A DNA stretch of 64,000 nucleotides from Torpedo marmorata (lineage: Eukaryota): the NCBI GenBank assembly GCA_977017645.1, contig OZ360222.1, positions 211,296,001 to 211,360,000 on the forward strand. The letters run 5' to 3'. Positions 51,622-63,129 of this stretch are shown here, in pieces (the stretch's first letter is position 1; each line of letters begins with the position of its first letter). Both the position numbers and the translations under genes were made by a program. Under the pieces are notes generated by a model. The model was not told where the DNA came from and did no database searches. It was given only the letters and a program-made list of their open reading frames with translations.

Positions 51622-52278
51622 TATCTGTGGAATGTTTATTTACCTGAAATTAACTCTGAGATAGAAATGCTGATTGGTTCAGATGTGCCAAAGGTTTTGG
51701 AACCACTAGAATTAATACAGAGTAGAAGGAATGGACCTTACGCTATTAGAACCAGGCTTGGTTGGACAATCAATGGATCATTGGAAAAAAATAATGATAT
51801 TGCTCAGGAACAGTTAGCGATAAATATTGACAGGATTTCGGTTGTGAAAGTTGATGAATTAAGGGAAGAGCAAAAGACTGTGAATAAGAAAATCACTTTT
51901 GAAGAAAAGATAACAGATCAATGTGAAAATAAATCAAAGGTATTTAAAACAACATTGAAAGAGTTATTTTCATCAGAAATGAATGAAAATGAAGTATTAG
52001 ATATTGCAAATAATACTATTGATTATTCATGTGTAATTGAATCAGATACAGGAATAAAACAAGTGACTGAGAACAAATCTGAATGTAGATTTTGTAGTTC
52101 AGAGGTTACATCAGACAAAGTTAATGAAGAAATATTGCAATGTGATGTAAAACTGGAGAACACAAGAAATTGTGCTGATGGAATAAAGAAGAATGTGAAT
52201 GATAATTTAATGCAATTGAATTCAGAGAACAAAATGTTGAAAAGGGAAAAGGAATTGGAAATATTAGATAATCATGAA
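51622..52278 (+). pseudogene. BEL protease C-terminal region fused in frame to non-BEL coiled-coil sequence
   Basis: [34 protein letters not shown] is BEL-typical; after ~51870 the frame stays open but has no RT motifs. Confidence 0.8.
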
Positions 52279-53716
52279 CGTCCCGGACGCCGCCATTCAG
52301 CTGGATGGGCTCGCTTTATTTAGGGCTGACAGAGATGCTGCTCTCTGTGGAAAAGTCCGTGGCGGTGGCTTGTGTGTTTACATCCACAGCGTTGGTGGAA
52401 TTTGTGACTGTCAGATGTAGACCATTTTATCTACCACGGGAATTTACCACGGTCCTTACAGTTGGAGTGTACATCCCCCACAGCGCTAATGCCAAGGAGG
52501 CGATCTGGGAACTGTGTAGGGCTATAAGCGAACTGCAGACCGCACACCCTGATGGACTGCTGATTATCACTGGCGACTTCAACCAGGCGAACCTCAAGAC
52601 AGGGCTACCAAAATTCCATCAGTATGTGGACTTTGCTACGAGAGGGGCGAACGCGTTGGATCTTGTGTTCACGAACATTTCCGGCGCGTATCGGTCAGAG
52701 CCCCGCCCCCACCTCGGATACTCAGACCATATCTCAGTAATGCTAACCCCAGCATACAGACCGTTCGCCAGACGCTCCAGACCAGTTTGGAAGCAGGTTA
52801 AAACCTGGCCAGCAGGTGCCATCCATGCACTTCAGGACTGCTTTGAGCGTACTGATTGGCACATGTTCAGGGAAGCAGCAACCGATGGTGACTGCATCAA
52901 TCTGGAGGAGTATACGGCATCGGTGACTAGCTACATTAGTAAGTGTACTGACGAAGTCAATGTGCCCAAGAACATCATTACTCACTCTAATCAGAAGCCA
53001 TGGATGACTGCGGAGGTGCGTGTGCTGCTGAGGAGCCGAAACTCTGCCTTCAGTGCGGGCGACAAGGTAAGCCTAGCTATCGCAAGAGCCAAGCTGTCTA
53101 AGGCCATCAGGGAGGCAAAGCGTGCACATGCCCAGCGAATTCAGAGTCACTTTCAGGACAGCAAGGACACGCGACGCATGTGGAAGGGCATTCAAGATAT
53201 CGCTAACCACAAGACTACACCATCTGACTGTGCTGGTGATGCCTCCCTCCCAGATGCACAGAACAACTTCTACGTGCATTTTGAGGCAAAAAAATGATGT
53301 AGTGGCAAAGAAGACAACCCCTCCTCCAAATGATCAGGTGCTGTGTTTCACAGTGGCTGATGTGAGGAGAATGTTAAGCAAGGTTAACCCACAGAAAGCT
53401 GCTGGGCCAGATAACATTCCCGGCAGAGTGCTCAAGGGATGTGCGGCCCAGCTGACTGATGTTCTCATCGACATCTTTTTAAAAAAAATATTTTATTTAA
53501 AATTTTTAAATCACACAATACACAGTTTAAAACGCAAATTTCTCAAATTACATGTGATACATTTTCACCCCCCCCTCCCTCCCTCCCTCCCTCCCCTCCC
53601 TAACCCTCCCGAAAAGAAAGAAAGAAGAAGAATAGGATAAAGTAAGGAGAATGTCAATCTAAAAAGAACAACTATAAACTGATCTTATTGTGGAGGATAG
53701 GCTCGCCAGCCAGATC

Positions 53717-56700
53717 CGATGTCCAGAGATCTTCAAATCCTTAAACCCACAATTTTTATATATATGGGCTCCATACTTCCAAAAAGAAATAATACTTATC
53801 ACGTAAATTATATGTAATTTTTTCGAGTGGTATGCATGAACGCAATTCTGCGTGCCATCTTTCCAAACCCAAATCTACATCCGACTTCCATGTTGTGGCA
53901 ATACATTTCTTAGAAACGGCTAAAGCAATACGTAAAAACTCTGTCTGGTACATATTTAATTTCACTTTAACACTGGTTCCTTCAATATCTCCAAACAAAA
54001 ATATCATAGGATCCATTGGAAGTGTAGTTCCTAATACTTTATCTAAAAAATTTTTAACTTTCAACCAAAAATCATAAACTTTTGGACAAAACCATGTAGA
54101 ATGTACAAAAGAACCTTCCTCTTTATTACATCTAAAGCATAAACCAGATAATGTCGGATTAAATTTCTTTAATTTTTTAGGTGTTAAATATAGTTGATGA
54201 AAAAAATTATATTGCACCAATCTATATCTAACATTAATAATCTTCGTCATACTTTGTTTACATAATTTTTTCCAGTGTTCTTCATCTATTGTTACATTCA
54301 AATCTTTTTCCCAATTTAATCTTGATTTATGAATTCCTGTTTTAGGAAGTTTCCTCTGTAGCAATCTGTACATTTGAGAAATAAATTTAGGCACACCTCC
54401 ATTAGTAACTAATAATTCCAATTCAGTCTGTCTTGGTAAGGTCAAACCGCGGCCCAACCTTTCCCCTAAAAACGCCCTAATTTGATAATAAGCAAAGATT
54501 GTATTATTTGCTACACGAAATGTATCTTTCATTCTCTGAAACGTAATAAATTTACCAGCTTCAAAACAGTCATTTATTTCCTTAATTCCCTTTTGGTACC
54601 AAATTTTAAATAGTTGATTATCGACAGTAAATGGAATAAGATCATTTTGATATAGAGGCATTCTTCGAGAAATTGATCCTTTCGCTCCTATTTCTCTATC
54701 CACTCTATTCCATATTTCTAACAAGTGCCTAAAAATAGGAGAATTTTTCCCTCTTGTTAATAATAGTTTAGAATGAATTTAAATATGTATCAAATTGAGT
54801 TTTTGAGAATTGCTTTAGCGGTTGCTAAGAAATGTATCGCTATCACTTGGAAATCTGATGTAGATTTAGGTTTAGAAAGGTGGCACGCAGAACTTCGTTC
54901 TTGTATACCACTTGAAAAAATTACTTATAATTTATGTAACAAATATCATTTCTTTTCGAAAATATGGAGCCCATATATAAAATTGGTCGGCTTAAAAATA
55001 ACAATTTGAAGATCTCTGAACATTGGATCAGGCTGGTAACCTAATTTCCACTAAAATTTTAGTTTATAGTTATTTTTTAGTCTAGATTGACATTCTCCTT
55101 AGTTTTTCTTTTCTTTTCTTTACTTTATTTTATTTTATTTTATAGATTAGTAGGGGTGGGAGGGTTAGGGAGGGGTGGGGGGGTTAGGGTGGGGAGGGTG
55201 GTTGGGAGGGAGAAAATATATCACATGTATTTTGATAATTTTGCGATTTATATAATGTATTTTGTGATTTAAAATTTTAAATAAAATATTCAAAAAAAAA
55301 AAAAAAAGAATTAATAATAGTTTAGAATTCCATTTATAAATGACTTCTTCTTTCAAATCCTCTCCTATATTATTTAATTCTATTCTCATCCAAGCAGAGA
55401 GCTTCCCTCAATCAAACAATTCGTTAATAAATTTTAGTTTGGCTGCTTTATAATAATATTGAAAATTAGGAAGCTTTAGACCGCCCATTTCGTAGTTCCA
55501 GGTTAATTTCTCCAATCCTACTCTCGCCAACTTTCCTTTCCACAAAAATGTCCTAATAATTAAATTTAAATCCTTAAAAAACTTCTGAAGGATTTCATAA
55601 GGAATTGATTGAAAAAGATACTGAATTCTCGGAAAAACGTTCATTTTAATACAATTTACCCTTCCCACTAAAGTTATAGGCAAATCCTTCCATCTCTCCA
55701 AATCCTTTTTTATATTCACAAATAATGGTAAATAATTTAATTTATACAAATTGGATAATTTTGTATCAATCTTTATTCCCAAATATTTAATTCCTCCCTT
55801 TGCCCATTTAAATTGTGTAATTTCTTTACAATCGCTATAGTCCCCTTGTGTTAAAGGCATAATTTCACTTTTATCCAAGTTAATCTTGTAACCAGATATT
55901 CCCCAAAATTCTTTCAATAAAACAGACAATTGTGTTAGAGAATTAATAGGTTTTGTCATATATATCAATTCGTCATCTGCAAACAAACTAATTTTGTGTT
56001 CTTCCTTACCAACTTTAATACCTGCAATCTTACTATCTTGTCTAATTAATTCGGCTAAAGGTTCTATTGCTAAAATAAACAATGCTGGCGATAAAGGACA
56101 ACCTTGTCTAGTAGACCTGGTTAAGGAAAATTTTGAAGATATTTGACCATTTGTGACCACTCTAGCAGATGGTTCTTTATATATAGTTTTAATCCAATTA
56201 ATAAATGTATTTCCAAAACCAAATTTTCCCAGTACCTTAAATAAATAATTCCACTCTAATCTATCAAAAGCCTTTTCGGCATCTAATGTTAATACGAATG
56301 ACAGTTCTTCTCTTTTTTGTGCCACGTTTATTAGACTAATTAATCTAGCGATATTATCTTTTGAATATCTGTTTCTAATAAAGCCTGCCTGATCTCCATG
56401 GACTAAGTCTGGTAAGAACTTAGCCACTCTGTTTGCTAAAATTTTCGCCATTATTTTATAATCCACATTTAACAACGATATTGGTCTATATGATTCTGTT
56501 CTCAACAAGTCTCTATCTTTTTTCGGTATAACTGTTATTAATGCATTGGTGAAGGATTCCGGTAGAGAATGGGTTTCCGTTATTTGTTTTAACACCTCCA
56601 TATAAGGAGGAATCAATATGTCCTTAAATTGCTTATAAAACTCTGATGGGAAACCATCCTCCCCCGGAGATTTCCCACTTGTCAAAGAACTAAGAACCCC

Positions 56701-58077
56701 ATCGACTTCCCTCATCGTAAATGGTGAATCTAAAGATTCTTTACTAAGTGTATCTAACCTGGGCATCTTAATTTTGGATAAAAATTTGTTAATTTTAGAA
56801 TCATCTTTATCGGCTTGAGATGTATATAAATTCAAATAAAAATCTTTGAAAGAATCATTTATTTCTCGCGGTTTATAAGTTATTTTCTTAGAATTCTTTT
56901 TTATAGCCGTTATAGTTCTAGAGGTTTGTTCCTTCTTTAATTGCCAGGCTAAAACTTTATGAGCTCTTTCTCCCAGTTCATAATACCTTTGCTTAGTCCT
57001 TTCAATGAGTTTTTCCAATTTATATGTTTGTAACGTATTATAATATAACTTTTTCCCAATTAAATCTTTCTTCTTTTCTTCTGATCTCTTTTTTTGTAGA
57101 TCCTTCTCCAAAAATTCAATCTCCTTCTCCAAATTATCCAATTCCTGAATATTTTCCTTCTTAACTTTTGCTGAGTAACTTATTATCTGACCTCTTAAAT
57201 AGGCTTTCAAAGCATCCCAAATAATAAATTTGTTTTCCACGGAATCCGTGTTAATCTGTAAAAATTCTTGGATTTCTCTTCTTATATATTTACAAAAATC
57301 CACTCTCTTTAGTAAAGAAGAGTTAAACCTCCATTTATATATAATTTTTTCTTTTTCTGGAATTATGCACGACATTAATAAAGGCGAGTGGTCAGAAATT
57401 AATCTAGCCTTATATTGTACTTGAGTCACCCTATCCTGTAATTGTGATGACAGCAAAAACATGTCTATTCTAGAATAAGAATCATGTCTAGAGGAATAAA
57501 AGGAGTAATCTTTTTCTCTCGGATTCAACTTCCTCCAAATATCAATTAGATTCAGGTCTTCCATCATCGTTAGAATTCTCTTAGCAGTTTTAGTTCTAAT
57601 AATTGATTTGGATGTTTTATCCATTACTGGGTCCAGACAACAATTAAAATCTCCACCAATTAAAATATTATCGTATGCCTCTGACAGATGCATAAAGGAA
57701 TCTTGAATAAATTGATCATCTTGCGTATTCGGCACATATATATTCATAAGAGTCCACATTTCTGAGTATAACTGACAGTTTATTAAGACGTATCTTCCTG
57801 ACCCATCAGTAACCACTGAATGTATTTTAAGGGGTAGCTTCTTATTAATTAGAATAGCGACCCCTTTAGCCTTGGAATTAAATGAAGACGCCACCACTTG
57901 ACCAACCCAATCTCTTTTCAACTTCTGATGTTCTAAATCAGTCAGATGCGTCTCCTGTAATAAAGCTATGTCTACATTCAATTTTTTGATGTGCGCTAAA
58001 GTTTTCTTCCTTTTAATAGGGTTATTGAGCCCATTTATATTAATACTAACTACATTTATTAATTTACAGTCCACCAT
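53717..58077 (-). pseudogene. L1 ORF2 (APE endonuclease, RT, Cys-rich C-terminus), interrupted
   Basis: NINGLN, LQETH, GDFN, SRID, SDH, QGCPLSP, FADD in the 889-aa ORF; C-terminal part 53756-54724; end coordinate approximate. Confidence 0.93.
54775..55310 (+). mobile_element. Short 5'-truncated L1 inserted antisense into the full-length L1, 18-bp TSD
   Basis: TSD TTAATAATAGTTTAGAAT at 54757-54774 and 55311-55328; poly(A) 55292-55307. Confidence 0.93.
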
Positions 58078-58463
58078 TGCTGATGTACAATAACTTTCTC
58101 TCCCTCGGATCCGCTGGCTCCCCCCCCCCCCTCATCTGTAAACTATTTGACATCTCCTTAGAAGAAAAAAGAGAAAAGGATATAAAAAGAGAATAGAGAA
58201 CTAGAGAACCCCCTATATATAATACTGGTAAATTCACACCAGTACTACCCCCCTCCATTGCTCGGGAAGTGGCCCTCGCCACTAAAATGATGCGCGACTA
58301 GGTCGAGGAAGACCAGAAGTCCACCTCCCCCATACAGATTCCGAACAAATTATGTTATCGTCTCTTCGTCAAACAACTCCAAGATTCCTATTAACTTAAT
58401 CTTCATCAGTTACTACCCCATTGACATGTTCCAAAACTCTTGACGAGAGCAATTTTAAGCCAA

Positions 58464-59823
58464 TCAGATGATTTGGTGACGCTCCGTAAAACCTTGACCT
58501 TTCTTTGAGTCCGGAAGCATATTTGCATGATGTAAAGCTTCTTGGGGATCAGTAAAGAACATTGATTGGTTCTCTGCAGACTGAACTCTCAATGTCGCAG
58601 GATACCTAAAAGAAAATTTATAACCTTTTCCCCACAAAACCGCTTTTGCCGGATTAAATTCCTTCCGTTTCTTTATGATTACCGAACTCAAATCCGCGTA
58701 GAAAAATACCCTGCTCTTATCGATTCTCAACGGGCCCTGCTGAATTCTTGCCTTTTGAATAGCCAATTTCAATATTTTTTCCTTATCCTGATATCTTAGG
58801 CATCTAATTAGAATTGAGCGTGGCCTTTGATCAGGATACGGTTTCCTCCTGCTATCCCTGTGGGCTCTGTCCAGTTCAAGTCCATTCAGAAAGTGATCCT
58901 TTCCTAAGGTCTGCGGGATCCAGTCTTGAAAAAAAGTAGTTGGATTGGTTCCTTCAAAATCCTCGGGTAGTCCCACAATTTTAATATTATTTCTTCGGCT
59001 TTGATTTTCTAATACATCTAATTTTTGTAAAAGTTTGTTCTTTTGCAGCTCCCAACCCGTGAACGAATCTTCCACTTTGTCCACTCTGTCTTTGTAGTCC
59101 ACCAAATCTTCGTCGTGTTCCTCAACCTTTTCTTCAATTTTCTTAACCCTCCATGATACTTTATCCACAATGATAGAATGCTTCTTCATATCCTCTTTAA
59201 CAGCTTTTATTTCTTCCCTAATTGCTTTAAATCCATGTTGCATACGTTGATTCAGTGATGCAACTTCTTTTGTTAATCTGTCCATTGCTTCTATAAGTGA
59301 CTTTGCTAACTCTTGCCCACCTAAAAGCATTGGAGCCTCCTCTTCATCACTTTCTTCTTCCTCCCCCTCTCCCTCCATCTCTTGTAATCCTCCTTCCCAT
59401 TCATGTTCTTCTTATTCCTCTCTTCTTCTTTCCCCTGGATCTGCCGACGTTAATATATCCTGCTCAGCTTCACAGCTGAGCGTTAACGTTTATCTGTCAC
59501 TGTCAGCTGTGGCTGACAGTTCTCGAGCGATTTTGCGCATGCGCGTCGTTTCGCGCATGCGCGGCGGGTCCGCCGGAAGTTGTACGACCGGAAGTTGTAG
59601 TTCTTTACAACTCCGGGCCCCAGCGCCATTTTCCACAGTTCCCCGGGAGGACGGCGTTGGTGCTCCAGGTACCTTCGCCGTCTTCTTCTGTGTCTTCCGC
59701 GGGGGGAGAGGAGCTTGTTCCCGAGGCTCCAACACCAAGGTAGGCCGATTATTTTCCTGACCTAAACTTTCCCTAAACACTGATTTCTTTAATTTCCCTT
59801 CCTTCATTCTCTTACTGGACATC
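58464..59823 (-). pseudogene. L1 ORF1 (coiled coil, RRM, CTD)
   Basis: ENQSRRNNIKIVGLPE, LDRAHR, FRYPATL; upstream ORF 59490-59843 is in the same frame, separated by two TAA stops. Confidence 0.9.
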
Positions 59824-61324
59824 CCTGAACCTTTCTTCCACACTTTAACTTTATCTTAGTAACTCTAACTTTCTTTTAGTCTATTTTTAATTAAATCCGA
59901 TGGGAGAGGTGTAATAACCCGTCTCCACCTCACGTCATCACGTGACACCCCCCCCTCATCGACATCTTTAACATTTCCCTGAGCAGTGCCGTGGTTCAAA
60001 TGTGCTTCAAAGCTGCTACCATCATCCCCGTGCTGAAGAAGTTGACGGTGTCCTGCCTCAATGACTACCGCCCTGTCGCACTCACATCTACCGTCATGAA
60101 GTGCTTCGAGAGGCTCGTCATTAGGCACATCAAGCTTCTGCTGCCCACCTCACTGGACCCCCTGCAGTTCGCATATAGATCAAACCGCTCCACAGATGAT
60201 GCCATCATTACCACCCTCCACCTAGCACTCACCCACCTGGAAAATAAGGACGCGTATGTTCGAATGCTGTTTATTGACTTCAGCTCGGCATTCAACACGA
60301 TAGGGAAGTTGACGGGGCTGGGCCTAAACTATACCCTCTGTAATTGGATTCTAGACTTCCTGACGGGGAGACCTCAGGCAGTCCGGATTGGAAACAGCAC
60401 TTCCAAGGTCATTACATTGAGCACGGGGGCTCCCCAGGGCTGTGTGCTTAGTCCATTGCTGTTCACCCTGCTGACTCATGACTGTGCAGCAAAACACAGC
60501 TCGAATCACATCATAAAGTTTGCTGATAATACAACCGTCGTGGGCCTTATGAGTAAGAATGATGAGTCAGCATATAGAGATGAGGTGCAGTCGGTAATGG
60601 AATGGTGCGGAAACAACAACCTGCAGCTGAACAAAAGAGTTGGTTGTTGACTTCAGAAGGGCCCGGGGGGATCATTCTCCTTTGACCATGGACGGCTCTA
60701 CCGTTGAGGTCGTAAAGAGTATCAAGTTTCTTGGAGTGCACTTGGCGGAGAGTCTCAGCTGGTCCCTCAACACCAGTTCCATAGTCAAGAAAGCCCAGCA
60801 GCGTATTTACTTCCTGTGAAGACTGAGGAAAGTTCATGTCCCACCCCCTATCCTTACTACATTCTACAGGGGATGTATTGAGAGTATTCTGAGCAATTGC
60901 ATCACCGCTTGGTTTGGAAACTGTACCACCTCGGACCGAAAGACCCTGCAGAGGATAGTGAGGGCAGTGGAGAAAATTATTGGAGTCTCTCTCCCCACCA
61001 TGACAGACATTTACAAATGAGGAAGGCTAAAAACATTATGAAAGACTTCTCACACCCCTTTGGTAAACTGTTTTCCCCTTTGCCATCTGGAAGGAGGTAC
61101 CGAAGCACTCGGGCTCGTTCGTCCAGACTGTGCAACAGTTTTTTTCCCCCAAGCCATCAGGCTCCTCAATTTCTAGATATATATGCGTATTAGCATGTTA
61201 TAGTTTTTCTATTGTATTATGATATTTATGTACATCTGCTGATGGTCCTGGAGAAACACTATCTCGTCTTACTGTGTATATGGTAATGAATGACAAATAA
61301 AGGTGACTTGACTTGACTTGACTT

Positions 61325-61891
61325 GAAAACAATAAACAGAAAGATTTAATTGTAAGTAAAATTCGCAAAGTCAGAAAGCGGAAGAAAAGAATAACTGCTG
61401 AAGAAATGAATACAGTTATTGAGGAAAGAGATTCAGCATTATCAAAATGTAAAAGGTTGGAGGAAGAGATTAATATTTTGAAAGAGAACAAGTTATTGGT
61501 TAATAACACAAAACAGTTGACTATAGAAAACAATCAAGAATGTAAATTGAATGTTCAGCTACTAACAATGCAGAAAGAAAGTGATATTGCATTGCAGAAA
61601 TGTAACAAGCAAGATGAAGAAATAAAAAAATTTCAAGTTTACCTCAGTAGGGTTGACAATAGAAATATCAATGTATCACATGATATTTTCACTTCAGATC
61701 AAGTTATTAATTTCTCGGAAAGAACTGAGACTGAATTGAAAGTCGCAAAATTGGATTTGGAATTGCAGGAAAAGGCAATAGATACCAGAGTGGTTAAAGA
61801 GACTCATTTATTAAAATTGAGAGGATCAGATAAATATTCAAATTCTAGTTCTAAGAGTTTAAATTCTTCACATGAGAAGTGGAATACTTAA
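61325..61891 (+). pseudogene. MIPOL1: Coiled-coil coding segment inside the BEL element with a MIPOL1-like region (captured fragment, not the host locus)
   Basis: RITAEEMNTVIEERDSALSKCKRLEEE...NN..LT.ENNQE..L...LL.MQ...EEI....VY versus human MIPOL1 recalled as RITAEEMSALIEERDAALSKCKRLEQE...NNMRHLTAENNQERALKAKLLSMQ...EEIQTLRVY. Confidence 0.8.
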
Positions 61892-62035
61892 GAAAGATAT
61901 AAAGTGAAACGACATGCTGAAGAAGTGCCTCGTGTTAAATTCAAAAGAAAAGCTGTATCTATTTTGTCTGAGGAAGATTTGAGGTTTACTGGTCGACGTC
62001 TTAACTCAAAGATTCTGGAGATAAAAAAACTTTGA

Positions 62036-62218
62036 GGAGACTTTGTAATTATTATGGATATTTCAACTCCAAGAAACTCCTGGTTACTTGGAAAAATTAT
62101 TGAGACTATTCAGGACAAAACGGGACTTGTGCGTCAAGTTCGAATTAAAACTAAGACTGGCTTTCTAAATAGTCCTATTGACAAGGTCTGCCTTCTGTTG
62201 AAGACGGAGGAACTTTGA
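62036..62218 (+). pseudogene. BEL integrase C-terminal domain (DUF5641 type)
   Basis: GDFVIIMDISTPRNSWLLGKIIETIQDKTGLVRQVRIKTKTGFLNSPIDKVCLLL; not in the ORF track, translated by hand. Confidence 0.88.
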
Positions 62219-62425
62219 TAAATACAAACTGACTTTATTTGTTGTTGTATACTTCACAGGTTACAGACTTTTGTTGATTCAGAGTTATGGTAAACTCTGG
62301 TCTTATGAAGAAAGAAGAAAGAAGATTTGTATATTATTTAAATGTTATATGGTTATTGTTATTTATAATTGATTGTGTAATTATTATTTAAGACATTGTG
62401 TCTAATTATAATAATTAGGGGCCGG

Positions 62426-62990
62426 TGTAAGAGCCGTAAACTTAATTACTTACCTTGGCCGCGGCGCTCCGATGGTCTCGGCGGGTTACGGAGGAGTCGC
62501 GGTGTTTGGTGGGCCGTGCTAGGCCTATTTTGTGCTCTGCGCATGCGTGGGAGTGCCGACGGGCACATGCGCAGTTGGGAAGTTACGGTAGTATATGCGG
62601 TGGAGTGTGCGCGGTGGAATCTGCGCAGTGGGCATGCGCGAATCGGTGTAGAAAGAATAGGAAAAGATGGCGATGGAGGAGGGTGAGTGAGATCGCCATA
62701 TCTTTCATTGACCATTTAAACTCGTTTCATTTATGGTTTAAAGTCGTTACATTGAACATTTAAATACAGTCAAAGGAATCGTTTAAAGGAATTCATTAAA
62801 CATCGTTATCAAGAACTGTTTCTATTTTGTTTAAAGAAGATATTTAAGTCATTGAAGATTGCTGCAAGTCACGTGTGTAAATAAAGTTTTTTTAACATAT
62901 CGGACTTTGTTAGTAAATTAATTGAAACGCGTCAAAAACAAGTATCTCACCTAGCGTCCAAGTGACTATTGTTGGATTGAAGTCATTATA
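62426..62990 (+). repeat. BEL 3' LTR (565 bp)
   Basis: TGTAAGAGCC...GTCATTATA followed by the TSD. Confidence 0.92.
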
Positions 62991-63129
62991 ATTCCTTCCC
63001 TGTTTATCTCCAGAATATTTTCTTGTCATTCGTACCTCCCCACCATTTTAACCTACCTTCAGAGGTCATTATTCAACATTCACCATTTTGGTTAAATGCT
63101 TTATTTTTTTTAAATAAAGCTGTCTCTAC

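Larger units (their letters stand above)
53479..59954 (-). mobile_element. Full-length L1-clade LINE with 15-bp TSD
   Basis: TSD CTCATCGACATCTTT at 53464-53478 and 59955-59969; G-run 5' end, ORF1, spacer, ORF2, G-rich 3' UTR, AATAAA. Confidence 0.96.
52279..61324 (+). mobile_element. Rex1/Babar LINE subfamily B, split by a full-length L1
   Basis: Endonuclease ([16 protein letters not shown]) 52279-53478; RT 59970-61324; (GACTT)n tail; TGAA overlap at both BEL junctions. Confidence 0.93.
44489..62990 (+). mobile_element. BEL/Pao LTR retrotransposon, non-autonomous, with nested LINEs
   Basis: LTRs 44489-45081 and 62426-62990; 5-bp TSD ATTCC at 44484-44488 and 62991-62995; PPT-like TAGGGGCCGG before the 3' LTR; BEL gag, protease and integrase C-terminus. 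Confidence 0.95.

Noticed and set aside
54775-55310. Twin-priming inversion of the full-length L1
   Set aside because: It has its own poly(A), an 18-bp TSD and a diverged sequence, and the host L1 keeps its own 3' end, so it is an independent insertion.
61406-61891. True MIPOL1 exon of a host gene
   Set aside because: It lies between paired LTRs with a TSD, is in frame with BEL domains, the pieces are out of order, and no other exons were seen.
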